The notes beneath the pieces are model-generated. The model was not told the DNA's origin. It did no database searches and saw only the letters and a list, made by a program, of their open reading frames with translations. A stretch of 20,000 nucleotides of DNA, taken from the sequence record SRR22947727_2846. One strand, 5' to 3'. The translations under genes were made by a program, and so were the position numbers. This document shows positions 10,579 to 19,052 of this stretch, in pieces. Numbering within the stretch: the first letter of the stretch is position 1; each line of letters opens with the position of its first letter.

Positions 10579-11168
10579 GAGGTGGCGCGACTGGGGGGAA
10601 GCGTTGCGACGCCCTCGTGTGTAGGGGGGAACCCCGCCAACATGCAAACAAACTCACTCCAGGCCTCAAGGTGTGGGCCGATGTCGTGTGTTGTGGGGCT
10701 CCACGACGCTCGCACCTCCACTTGGGCACCGGAGCCTTCTGCTTCCATTTCTCCAAAACCGGTGGAAACTACTGAGGTCGTGGTGCCAGCGGCATGGAAA
10801 TACGATGCTCCCGAAGAATCCAGAGCATCGATCAGCCATGACCATGCGACGTTAGGCAAGAACTCGTCCTGGCCCATCAGCGGGTCAATGGGGGCTTGAG
10901 CGAACACCACCATCCGGTAGGCCGATTCCCATGCTTCTGGGACGCTGGGGTCATAGAGAAACACCAGTCGACCCGTCCCATATTCGTTGTCTGAGCTTGC
11001 ATGCTGGGGCTCGACGTCAGCCGCCCAGGCCCTCTGAAAAGGGGCCAGGCCTTCAGGTGCGGCGGTCTCGAAAACGCGAAGCTCGCTCCGCAGGGAGGCC
11101 TCATCCGCTGAGGCCAACGCGTCGAGAAATTCCTGGGGAGCGCCCGGAAAGGCCGCATCGCTGCTCAT
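10575..11168 (-). CDS. DUF3000 family protein
   Basis: 197 aa. GTGRLVFLYDP...W, VAWSWL, EVRASWSP motifs; position immediately upstream of rnd matches my recollection of actinobacterial gene order. Confidence 0.85.
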   Translation of the reverse strand: MSSDAAFPGAPQEFLDALASADEASLRSELRVFETAAPEGLAPFQRAWAADVEPQHASSDNEYGTGRLVFLYDPSVPEAWESAYRMVVFAQAPIDPLMGQDEFLPNVAWSWLIDALDSSGASYFHAAGTTTSVVSTGFGEMEAEGSGAQVEVRASWSPTTHDIGPHLEAWSEFVCMLAGFPPTHEGVATLPPSRATS

Positions 11169-11195
11169 GGACCCAGGATACGGAACCGCCCTATC

Positions 11196-11924
11196 TCACT
11201 GACTAGGGCGCGCCGCGGGAGCAATTTCGTGTCGGTAATAGAGCATTTTTGCGTCGTCTGTGAGTAGTGAGCGAAGTTCCCAATGCGCAGGGTCGCCAGG
11301 CCACCATGGAGGTATTCCCTGATGCTGATCTCGCGGGGGAGGAATTGTCGCGATGAGGAGCTCTGTCGTGAGAGGAGCGAAGAGCTCCCAGGTGATCTTG
11401 CCGCCCTCAACAAGCACGTGCCCGCCCACGGTTCTCGACAGAATGTCGTCGTGAAGGTCGCCAACTGTCCGAGCTGGGTCCCACTCCAGGTGCTCCCATG
11501 GGAGATCCCCGAGTGCCCTTCCCAGAGCATCAGCGTGCTCGGACGGTGCTGCCACCATCAGTCGTTCCTGACCGGCACCCCGACTGACTAGCTGGTGATC
11601 CCGGAGATCGCCGCTGGCGCAAAGAACAATCAGCGGTGTTGTTCGAGGCAGTGGCACTGGTTCGCTCCGCACAGTAGCGGCTCCCACTACAACGGCATCA
11701 GCGCTCTCGCGGAGGATGCCGAGCAGTGCTCGATCGGCTCCCTTCGAGAGACCCTGGGATGAACCCTGTGGACTCACGGTCTCGCCGCTCGAGGTGGTGA
11801 CCATGATGGCGCGCACACTGCCAGATCCTTCTGGCTGATACAGCTGCTCTATGGCCTGGCGCGAGTCCGCAACGCTCAGGTCATAAACCTCGGGCGGAGG
11901 CGGCAAGACCCGGTACAGGTTCAC
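11196..11924 (-). CDS. RibD C-terminal domain / dihydrofolate-reductase-fold protein
   Basis: Likely GTG at 11924 overlapping the sufE stop (GTGA). Motifs VRAIMV, GSSQGLS..ADR..L..LR..ADAVVVGAATVRSE, VLVEGG. Confidence 0.75.
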   Translation of the reverse strand: MNLYRVLPPPPEVYDLSVADSRQAIEQLYQPEGSGSVRAIMVTTSSGETVSPQGSSQGLSKGADRALLGILRESADAVVVGAATVRSEPVPLPRTTPLIVLCASGDLRDHQLVSRGAGQERLMVAAPSEHADALGRALGDLPWEHLEWDPARTVGDLHDDILSRTVGGHVLVEGGKITWELFAPLTTELLIATIPPPRDQHQGIPPWWPGDPAHWELRSLLTDDAKMLYYRHEIAPAARPSQ

Positions 11925-12370
11925 TCGCCCGCGCCCTGAAGGGCTAAACCTTCCTCCACTTGGCGCTTGATCCGCCACAGCATTCCTGACATTCCCCTCA
12001 GCCGCAGCATGCTGACGGCGTTCTGTAATCCCAACTGGAGCGGGAAGTCTGGGGGGACTGCGAGCACCTGGTCGGGCGACATCCCATGAAGCCCCTGGAC
12101 CAGAATGGACGCGAAGCCCCTGGTGGTGGGTGCTTCCTCAGGAGCTGTCGCATGAACAGTGACCTCTTCGGGGTTCGTCACTACGGTGATAAACACCGGG
12201 GACTGGCATTCCTCGACTCGCTCCCAGGCGTCAGGATCAATGAGTTCTTCAGGCACCACCGGGAGAGTGTCGGAAAACTCGAGCAGCAGTTGTAGCCGGT
12301 CAGGAACACTCAACGCCAAGAAATCTTCGCGGATGGCTGCCAGTGATGGCGGCAGGAAACTCTCTGACAT
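11921..12370 (-). CDS. sufE: SufE family sulfur-acceptor protein
   Basis: 149 aa. RLQLLLEFS, ECQSPVF (acceptor Cys), APTTRGFA, RLRGM; directly downstream of the sulfurtransferase. Confidence 0.88.
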   Translation of the reverse strand: MSESFLPPSLAAIREDFLALSVPDRLQLLLEFSDTLPVVPEELIDPDAWERVEECQSPVFITVVTNPEEVTVHATAPEEAPTTRGFASILVQGLHGMSPDQVLAVPPDFPLQLGLQNAVSMLRLRGMSGMLWRIKRQVEEGLALQGAGE

Positions 12371-12379
12371 CAGGCGGCC

Positions 12380-13273
12380 CTAGAGTGCCTCACCAGGCTG
12401 GTCACCGGTCGCGATGGGGACCCTCACGGCAGAACCCCACTCAGTCCACGACCCGTCGTAGTTCTTGACGTTTTCAAAGCCCAGGAGATACTTCATGACG
12501 AACCAGGTGTGGCTGGAGCGTTCACCAATGCGGCAGTAGGTGATGATGTCATCACCGGGTTGGAAACCCTGTTTCTCGAGGTAGATAGTGACCAAGTCAC
12601 TGTGTGACTTGAAGCGTCCATCCTCTTTCGCAGCAGTTGCCCACGGAATGCTCTTCGCGGTCGGGATGTGCCCGCCGCGCAGCGCTCCTTCTTCAGGGTA
12701 GGCAGGCATATGGGTGCGTTCTCCGGAGTACTCTTCTGGGCTCCGCACGTCAATGAGGGGCTTACCCAGGTGAGCCAGAACGTCTTCTTTGAACGCTCGA
12801 ATTTCAGCGTCGTTGCGCTCCAGCACGGGATAGGTCGAGGGACTAGGAGAGGGGACTTCCCTCGTGAGGGGGAGTCCCTGAGAAACCCAGGCGTCACGGC
12901 CACCATTGAGCAATCGAACATCGTCGTGTCCAAAAAGTGTGAATACCCACAGTGCGTATGCGGCCCACCAGTTGCTCTTGTCGCCGTAAATGACGACGGT
13001 GTCATCACGAGAGATGCCCTTCCTAGACATCAGGTCGGCGAAGGCCTCTCCCTGAAGGTAATCCCGCACAACGGGATCATTGAGTTCGGTGTGCCAATCA
13101 ATTTTGACGGCGCCAGGGATGTGACCAGTGTCATAGAGCAGGACGTCCTCGTTCGATTCCAGGATGACGAGACCTTCCGCGCCCGCGTGCTCCTGCAGCC
13201 ATTCCGTGGTGACGAGTCGTTCGGGGTGAGCGTAGTCCGCTAGTTCGGGTGAGGGGTCAGTGGGTAGGGTCAC
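12380..13273 (-). CDS. sseA: Thiosulfate sulfurtransferase (tandem rhodanese)
   Basis: 297 aa, GTG start with GAAGGAG RBS. GHIPGA, active-site loop YCRIGERS, C-terminal signature YDGSWTEW. Confidence 0.92.
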   Translation of the reverse strand: MTLPTDPSPELADYAHPERLVTTEWLQEHAGAEGLVILESNEDVLLYDTGHIPGAVKIDWHTELNDPVVRDYLQGEAFADLMSRKGISRDDTVVIYGDKSNWWAAYALWVFTLFGHDDVRLLNGGRDAWVSQGLPLTREVPSPSPSTYPVLERNDAEIRAFKEDVLAHLGKPLIDVRSPEEYSGERTHMPAYPEEGALRGGHIPTAKSIPWATAAKEDGRFKSHSDLVTIYLEKQGFQPGDDIITYCRIGERSSHTWFVMKYLLGFENVKNYDGSWTEWGSAVRVPIATGDQPGEAL

Positions 13274-13372
13274 GGTACTCCTTCAGTGATGCGATGCGAG
13301 CGTCAGGCGAAGCCCGATACGCTGTGAATAGTCTTCCACCGCACCCTGAACACTATCGGGGAAAGCTAAGAA

Positions 13373-14419
13373 ATGAGTCAGGTCTCGGTGCCCATCACGT
13401 CGCTTCTCGATCGTCACCCGGTGATGTCCATCGACGCCATGTTGGCTCACTTCGTTCCCCCGGCACAGTTCGAGACCGCGAGCCTCGACTCCTACGTCCC
13501 TGACCCGGCTTATCCCTCGCAGGCCGAGGCTGTCAACAAGGCACGGGCCTTCGTGGCCGGTGCTCCCGCTTCTGGAGGCGGGTGGTTTCGATCCGGTGGG
13601 AAGAGCGCCCGTGGCGGAGTTAAACCAGGCATTTATCTTGACGGTGGTTTTGGTGTGGGAAAAACCCATCTCCTCGCAGCGATGTGGCATCTCATTCCCG
13701 GGCGCACCTATTACGGAACGTTTATCGAGTTCACCGCATTGGTGGGGGCGCTCGGTTACCGAGGTGCTGTCGATCACCTGAAGGGTGCGGCTTTACTCGC
13801 TATTGATGAGTTTGAGTTGGATGACCCCGGCGACACCATGGTGATGTCACGTCTGCTGGGCGAATTGGTGCAGTCGGGGACCAGGCTCGCTGCGACCTCC
13901 AACACACCTCCCGCCGCGCTCGGAGAGGGGCGATTTGCAGCCGAAGACTTCTTGCGAGAAATCACGGCACTCGCAGATAAATTTGAGACGGTTCGAATCG
14001 ACGGCGAGGACTATCGAAAGCGCGATTTTGAGGGTCATGCTCAGGTTTTTTCGCCCGACGAGGTGGACACCGTGCTCTCGACGCTCAGGGGTGATGTTGC
14101 GGTCGATGACTTCGTTGATGTGATCAATCATTTGGCCACCATTCACCCCAGTCGGTTCGTGGGGCTGGTGGAGGGTCTTGCGGCGGTCTCCTGGCGTGGA
14201 GTAACACAGCTGCACAACCAGGCCCAAGCGCTCCGCCTTGTTGCCCTGATCGACCGTGTTTACGACGCCAGAATTCCGATTCTGGCAACAGGTCTCCCAC
14301 TAGACGAGGTTTTTGACGACACCATGCTCGGTGGTGGTTATCGGAAGAAATATTTGCGAGCCACCTCCCGTCTGATTGCCCTCACGCGACTCGGGGTAAA
14401 CCCCCAGGGGAGTATCTAG
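13373..14419 (+). CDS. zapE: AFG1/ZapE family ATPase
   Basis: 348 aa. Walker A GGFGVGKT, Walker B LLAIDEFE, ATSNT, GEDYR, RLVALIDRVYD, RATSRL. Confidence 0.9.
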   Translation: MSQVSVPITSLLDRHPVMSIDAMLAHFVPPAQFETASLDSYVPDPAYPSQAEAVNKARAFVAGAPASGGGWFRSGGKSARGGVKPGIYLDGGFGVGKTHLLAAMWHLIPGRTYYGTFIEFTALVGALGYRGAVDHLKGAALLAIDEFELDDPGDTMVMSRLLGELVQSGTRLAATSNTPPAALGEGRFAAEDFLREITALADKFETVRIDGEDYRKRDFEGHAQVFSPDEVDTVLSTLRGDVAVDDFVDVINHLATIHPSRFVGLVEGLAAVSWRGVTQLHNQAQALRLVALIDRVYDARIPILATGLPLDEVFDDTMLGGGYRKKYLRATSRLIALTRLGVNPQGSI

Positions 14420-14468
14420 GTCGTCACCTAAACTGGGAGTCCCGAGTACCGCGAGGAGTCCATCCGCT

Positions 14469-15827
14469 ATGGCAGGTTCACCCATGTCCACCTCTGGTCG
14501 CGAGCGCTACCTAGAGTCTCTGTGGATTGAGCGGATTCTGCAGCGTGAGACTGCGGGCGGTCTCATCATCGTGGGTGCGGCCTTCCTTGCCGTGATCCTT
14601 GCAAATTCACCTCTGGGAGATAGCTACTTCGGGCTGAGAGACACCTATCTTTCATTGGGGGCCGGAGATTTTGTCTGGAAGATTAGTGTGGGTCACCTCA
14701 CTGCGGATGGACTCTTGGCGGTGTTCTTCTTTCTCGTTGGTCTTGAGCTGAAACGAGAGTTCGTCTCCGGGGAACTGAGGGACCCAAGGAAAGCGCTCGT
14801 GCCTGTGGTTGCGGCAATTGGTGGGGTCATTGTTCCTGCGTCTCTGTATCTCCTGATCACTCAGTCACTGGGCGTGCCAGATGCAGCTCGAGGTTGGGCG
14901 ATCCCGATCGCCACAGACATAGCTTTTGCTCTCGCGGTTCTTGCCCTCGTGGGAACGTGGTTGCCCCTGGCGCTTCGAACCTTCCTGCTCACGCTCGCCG
15001 TGGTGGATGACCTCATCGGTATTACGGTCATCGCCATCTTTTACACCGAAGAAGTCGTGGTCTCGAATCTGTTCCTGTCGCTGCTGTTCGTCGCCATCTA
15101 CGCCTTCTTCGCCCAGCGCTATCGAGAGTTCTTCCACGTGCGCGAGGGGGCCGCATGGGTCATCTTGTTCCCCATCGGGTTGATCGCCTGGTTCTTCATG
15201 TACAGCTCTGGAGTTCACGCCACTATCGCTGGGGTGTTGTTAGGGCTGACCGTGCCCGTGTTGAGGTCCAAGCGTGAGCGTCTGGCTCACCCTGACTCAG
15301 AGGACCCCGGCTTGGCTGAGGTTTTCGAGCACCGCTTCCGGGCGTTGTCTGCGGGCATTGCGGTTCCACTCTTCGCGTTTTTCGCCGCTGGTGTGAGCTT
15401 TGGCTCCGGTGTGGGCGAGTTTGTCACCCTGTTGGCATCGCCGGTATCACTGGGCATCATCGTCGCACTGGTGGTGGGTAAGAGCGTCGGCGTATTCATC
15501 ACCACCTACCTCGTCACCCGCATTCCTGGCATATCACTGCCGAAGGGGATGGCATGGATTGATTTGTTTGCGGTCGCTTTGCTCGCGGGAATCGGTTTCA
15601 CCGTCTCGTTGCTTATTGGTGAGCTGAGCTTTGGGCTGGGGACTGTCCTCGGAGATGAGGCCAAGATCGGCATCCTCGTGGGATCCGTCTTGGCAGCATT
15701 GATCGCGGCCCTTATTCTCACGGGACGTAACCGGCACTATCAGTCCGTTCACGTCAAAGAGACCGCGGACCTCGATGGCGATGGCATTCCCGACATTTAC
15801 CAGGACAAGCCCGAAACACAGTCTTAA
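14469..15827 (+). CDS. nhaA: Na+/H+ antiporter NhaA
   Basis: 452 aa polytopic membrane protein. DGLLAVFFFLVGLELKRE, GWAIPIATDIAFA, LAVVDDL (ion-binding DD), SGVHATIAGV, GK, LAGIGFTVSL. Confidence 0.95.
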   Translation: MAGSPMSTSGRERYLESLWIERILQRETAGGLIIVGAAFLAVILANSPLGDSYFGLRDTYLSLGAGDFVWKISVGHLTADGLLAVFFFLVGLELKREFVSGELRDPRKALVPVVAAIGGVIVPASLYLLITQSLGVPDAARGWAIPIATDIAFALAVLALVGTWLPLALRTFLLTLAVVDDLIGITVIAIFYTEEVVVSNLFLSLLFVAIYAFFAQRYREFFHVREGAAWVILFPIGLIAWFFMYSSGVHATIAGVLLGLTVPVLRSKRERLAHPDSEDPGLAEVFEHRFRALSAGIAVPLFAFFAAGVSFGSGVGEFVTLLASPVSLGIIVALVVGKSVGVFITTYLVTRIPGISLPKGMAWIDLFAVALLAGIGFTVSLLIGELSFGLGTVLGDEAKIGILVGSVLAALIAALILTGRNRHYQSVHVKETADLDGDGIPDIYQDKPETQS

Positions 15828-15897
15828 CATTTGCGCGCTCTCTGAAATAGCTCGGTAACACGCGAGCACTTTCGGAGAAACCTTGATGTCTCACACT
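15813..15897 (+). promoter_or_regulatory. Putative GlnR boxes and amtB promoter
   Basis: GAAAC-n6-TTAAC (15813-15828), GAAAT-n6-GTAAC (15844-15859), GAAAC (15877-15881, 22 bp after GTAAC), and a candidate -10 CACACT at 15892-15897. Confidence 0.65.
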
Positions 15898-15950
15898 GGG
15901 GGTCACGTGCACCTGTGCACGCCCATGACAGACATACAAGGGAGACAACA

Positions 15951-17171
15951 ATGGATTCAGGCCAGTTAGCCTGGGGAATCACAGCCACCGCTTTGGTGCT
16001 GCTGATGACCCCCGGCGTCGCTTTCTTCTACGGCGGCCTCGTCAAAGCGAAGAGCGTCGTCAGCATGATGATGATGAGCTTTGGCTCACTCGCCCTCGTC
16101 GGCGTTCTCTGGGTGCTTTACGGCTACAGCATGTCCGCTGTGGACAGCCCACTTCAGTTCGCCGGTAACCCTCTCGCCGCCTTCAGCCTTGAAGGGCTGG
16201 GTAACGAAGATCTCCTCGGAGCAGCTTTTGGTGCCACCTTTGCCATCATCACCGTAGCTCTGATTTCGGGTTCGATCGCAGACCGTGCTCGCTTTGGACC
16301 GTGGATGGTCTTCGCGGGTGTGTGGGCGACTCTCGTTTATTTCCCCGTCGCAGCCTGGGTCTGGGGCGGCGGTTGGATCCTTGAGCTTGGCGAACTGATG
16401 GGTGGCCTGCCCGGTGTCATTGACTATGCCGGTGGAACTGCCGTTCACATCAACGCAGGTGCTGCTGCACTTGCTCTCGCGATCGTGCTTGGCCGACGTG
16501 TTGTCTTCCAGAAGGGCGCTCACAAACCCCACAACGTTCCCTTGGTCCTCCTCGGTGCAGCCCTGCTGTGGTTCGGATGGTTTGGGTTCAACGCGGGTGC
16601 AGAGTTCCTCGCGGAGGGAATGCCCGGTGTCGGCCTGATCGTCGTCAACACCCTCGGCGCCACCGCAGCCGCGATTCTCGGCTGGATGGTCGTTGAGAAG
16701 CTCAAGGATGGCAAGGCCACCGCTGTCGGCGCTGCTTCCGGTGCTGTGTCTGGTCTGGTTGCTATCACCCCAGCCTGTGCGAACCTGACTCCCGGATTCG
16801 CGTTGCTGCTCGGTGTTATCGCCGGCGCTGTGTCCGCGTTCGCCGTCGATCTGAAGTTCAAGCTCGGTTACGACGACTCCCTGGACGTTGTCGGAATCCA
16901 CCTTGTCGCCGGCATGATCGGAACTCTCTACCTCGGGTTCTTCGCCATCGACACGGGACTGTTCACCGGTGGTGACTTCGGCCAGCTCACGGTTCAGGCC
17001 ATCGCTGCCTTCGCAGTGCTCCTGTACTCCTTCGTGGTCGCTCTGCTTCTTGGTTTCGCGATCGAGAAGACCATGGGCTTCCGCATCACGAGTGAGGATG
17101 AGGTCGCAGGTATCGACAACATCGTCCACGGTGAAGAGGGTTACCAGCTCGAGGAGGACGCTCGCGTCTAA
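15951..17171 (+). CDS. amtB: Ammonium transporter
   Basis: ATG at 15951 with GGGAG RBS. LMTPGVAFFYGG, DYAGGTAVH and DDSLDVVGIH (twin His), LWFGWFGFNAG, GLVAITP. Confidence 0.96.
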   Translation: MDSGQLAWGITATALVLLMTPGVAFFYGGLVKAKSVVSMMMMSFGSLALVGVLWVLYGYSMSAVDSPLQFAGNPLAAFSLEGLGNEDLLGAAFGATFAIITVALISGSIADRARFGPWMVFAGVWATLVYFPVAAWVWGGGWILELGELMGGLPGVIDYAGGTAVHINAGAAALALAIVLGRRVVFQKGAHKPHNVPLVLLGAALLWFGWFGFNAGAEFLAEGMPGVGLIVVNTLGATAAAILGWMVVEKLKDGKATAVGAASGAVSGLVAITPACANLTPGFALLLGVIAGAVSAFAVDLKFKLGYDDSLDVVGIHLVAGMIGTLYLGFFAIDTGLFTGGDFGQLTVQAIAAFAVLLYSFVVALLLGFAIEKTMGFRITSEDEVAGIDNIVHGEEGYQLEEDARV

Positions 17172-17185
17172 CTCAAATCACTCCG

Positions 17186-17223
17186 GAACGGGGTCAGTCT
17201 TCGGACTGGCCCCGTTCTCGTGT
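17186..17223 (+). terminator. Intrinsic terminator after amtB
   Basis: 14-bp stem GAACGGGGTCAGTC / GACTGGCCCCGTTC (one G-U) with a C(UUCG)G tetraloop, followed by a weak U-containing tail. Confidence 0.85.
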
Positions 17224-17258
17224 CCGGCGGGGGCGTTGTCCGGGTCTATATTTGCGAG

Positions 17259-17894
17259 GTGCCTTCTAGCTCGACGCTAGCGTCGTTTCTTCTGCTCTCC
17301 CTCGTGGTGATTGTTGTTCCCGGACCGAGCGTTGTTTTTGTGATTGGTCGAGCAATGATTCTCGGAACCAAAGGAGCGATTCAGAGCGTCCTAGGAAATG
17401 CTGCCGGGGTCGGTGTGCAGATTGTGGGGGTTTCACTGGGAGTGGGGGTTCTTATCGCCTCATCCCCGGTCATTTTCGGCATCGTGAAGATCGTCGGATC
17501 GCTTTTCCTCGTGTATCTCGGAATCGATGGCATCCGGCACCGCAAAGACCTGCGGCTTGAACTCACCAGTGCGGCAACCGTCAGTACCCGGAAAACGCTG
17601 GTGGACAGCTCCATCGTGGGTATTACCAATGCGAAGACTCTGGTGTTCTTCATCGCCACACTTCCGCTTTTTGTGGAGCAGGAAGGATTTGCACCACCAG
17701 TGCAAATGCTCATTCTGGGAGGCCTGTTCTTCGTTATCGGAATCGCGAGCGACATGGTGTGGGCGGTGGCGGCGGGTGGTGCTCGCGCGAGGCTCCTGGC
17801 ATCACCGCGTGGTCTCGAATGGGTCCGCCTGGCGGGGGGAGTAGCTTTGGCCCTCTTGGGCCTCTATCTGGGGTACTACTCCCTGACGTCCTAG
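17259..17894 (+). CDS. LysE/RhtB family translocator
   Basis: Probable GTG at 17259. VVPGPSVVFVI...G, LGNAAG, KIVGSLFLVYLG, VGITNAKTLVFF (NPK-like); about six hydrophobic segments. Confidence 0.88.
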   Translation: MPSSSTLASFLLLSLVVIVVPGPSVVFVIGRAMILGTKGAIQSVLGNAAGVGVQIVGVSLGVGVLIASSPVIFGIVKIVGSLFLVYLGIDGIRHRKDLRLELTSAATVSTRKTLVDSSIVGITNAKTLVFFIATLPLFVEQEGFAPPVQMLILGGLFFVIGIASDMVWAVAAGGARARLLASPRGLEWVRLAGGVALALLGLYLGYYSLTS

Positions 17895-18955
17895 TTTCCG
17901 CGTTCCGCCCGATCCACCTGAGCCCAGCTGTGGAAGGACACCGAGCAGTAATCCGGGATGAGGTCAGACGCCCCGAGTCCTGTTTTCTGGATATCCCGCA
18001 AGAACTGCGTCAGGTGAGGGGAGAAAAGGTTTCCAAAGGACCCGAAGGCCACGCGCTCGGGGAAATGGTGGACAAGATAGCTGCCGTAGGCCTCATAGTC
18101 ACTTAAATCGCGTCCGATGGGGTCGGTGGACGCCTTCCACCATTCCAACAGCGATTCTGACCCTTTCGGGAACATCTGCCTCACTACATCGCGTTGCATG
18201 AGCTGGTGATGGGTGACGTAGCTCAGCCGCAGTTTCTTCGGCACCCCAAAAAAACTCTTCACGTGCCGCATGAAATCCGAGTGATACTCATTGGCCACTT
18301 GAAGAAGTTGAACTCGATCCTTAGCGAACCAGGTCTTTTCCGTGAGGAGGATGGTGTCGGAATCCAGTATCAAGCTCGCTTCAGACTCCGACTGCATGGC
18401 GGCGGACAGCTTGATGAGTTGTTGGGTCACCCAGCCGGCGTTTCTGTCACCGCGCCCAAACCTCAGGTTCAGTTCTTCGAGCAGGGGAGCTCCAAGAATG
18501 TCTTGGTCATAGAGCACCACGGCGTCAGGATTCGCTGCGAGAAGGCCCTGGAGCTGCTCCGCAGATCCCTCTCGAGCAAATCGCGGTCCGGTCTCGGTCG
18601 CATCTTTGGGAGTGATGAGAACTACTCGCGCCAAAGGGTTTCGAACGTTTCGCTTGGCATACTCCAACACCAGGGGAAGGGCTTCCAGGTCCTTTTCCAC
18701 AAAAGGAATAACGAGCTCGATGGCAGGCAGGTTGCGAGAGCGGCGAAGCGGGTCGATCGGCTGACAGAGAGAAATCAGGGCGCGTGCCTCGAGAGGAAGA
18801 TACTTTTTCCTCACCACAGAGCTGAGGTAGTCGGCACTTCTTCCGAGAAGCCCAAGGGCTCGGGAGTTTGTGAGCCGCAGAATTCGGCGGATTTGATTCA
18901 GAGCATTTTCGCGTCCGGTCGAGAAAGGCCTTGCAGAGTAAGGAGAAGACGGCAT
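17891..18955 (-). CDS. Putative GT-A-like glycosyltransferase (DUF6492-like)
   Basis: Start uncertain; ATG 18955 chosen to avoid overlapping the divergent gene. IELVIPFVEKD (GT-A first strand-like), GWVTQQLIKL, LILDSDTIL (DxD), YVTHHQLM, LSDYEAYG, C-terminal FHSW. Family assignment is from recalled motifs. Confidence 0.6.
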   Translation of the reverse strand: MPSSPYSARPFSTGRENALNQIRRILRLTNSRALGLLGRSADYLSSVVRKKYLPLEARALISLCQPIDPLRRSRNLPAIELVIPFVEKDLEALPLVLEYAKRNVRNPLARVVLITPKDATETGPRFAREGSAEQLQGLLAANPDAVVLYDQDILGAPLLEELNLRFGRGDRNAGWVTQQLIKLSAAMQSESEASLILDSDTILLTEKTWFAKDRVQLLQVANEYHSDFMRHVKSFFGVPKKLRLSYVTHHQLMQRDVVRQMFPKGSESLLEWWKASTDPIGRDLSDYEAYGSYLVHHFPERVAFGSFGNLFSPHLTQFLRDIQKTGLGASDLIPDYCSVSFHSWAQVDRAERGN

Positions 18956-19052
18956 GGCTGAATCTGAGTTTCCATCTTTAGGGGACGAGTCTCCGTGCCC
19001 GGGACCCTCCGCGGATAGTCTTTGGTGGGTAAGCCTATAAGAAGGGGGAGCA

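Noticed and set aside
14420..14468. Possible cation-sensing riboswitch upstream of nhaA
   Set aside because: The gap is only 49 bp, holding a candidate -10 (TAAACT) and RBS (GAGGAG). I saw no convincing structure; an Rfam/Infernal scan would settle it.
18194..18961. 255-aa + strand ORF
   Set aside because: It is antisense to the motif-bearing DUF6492-like gene and has no recognisable features.
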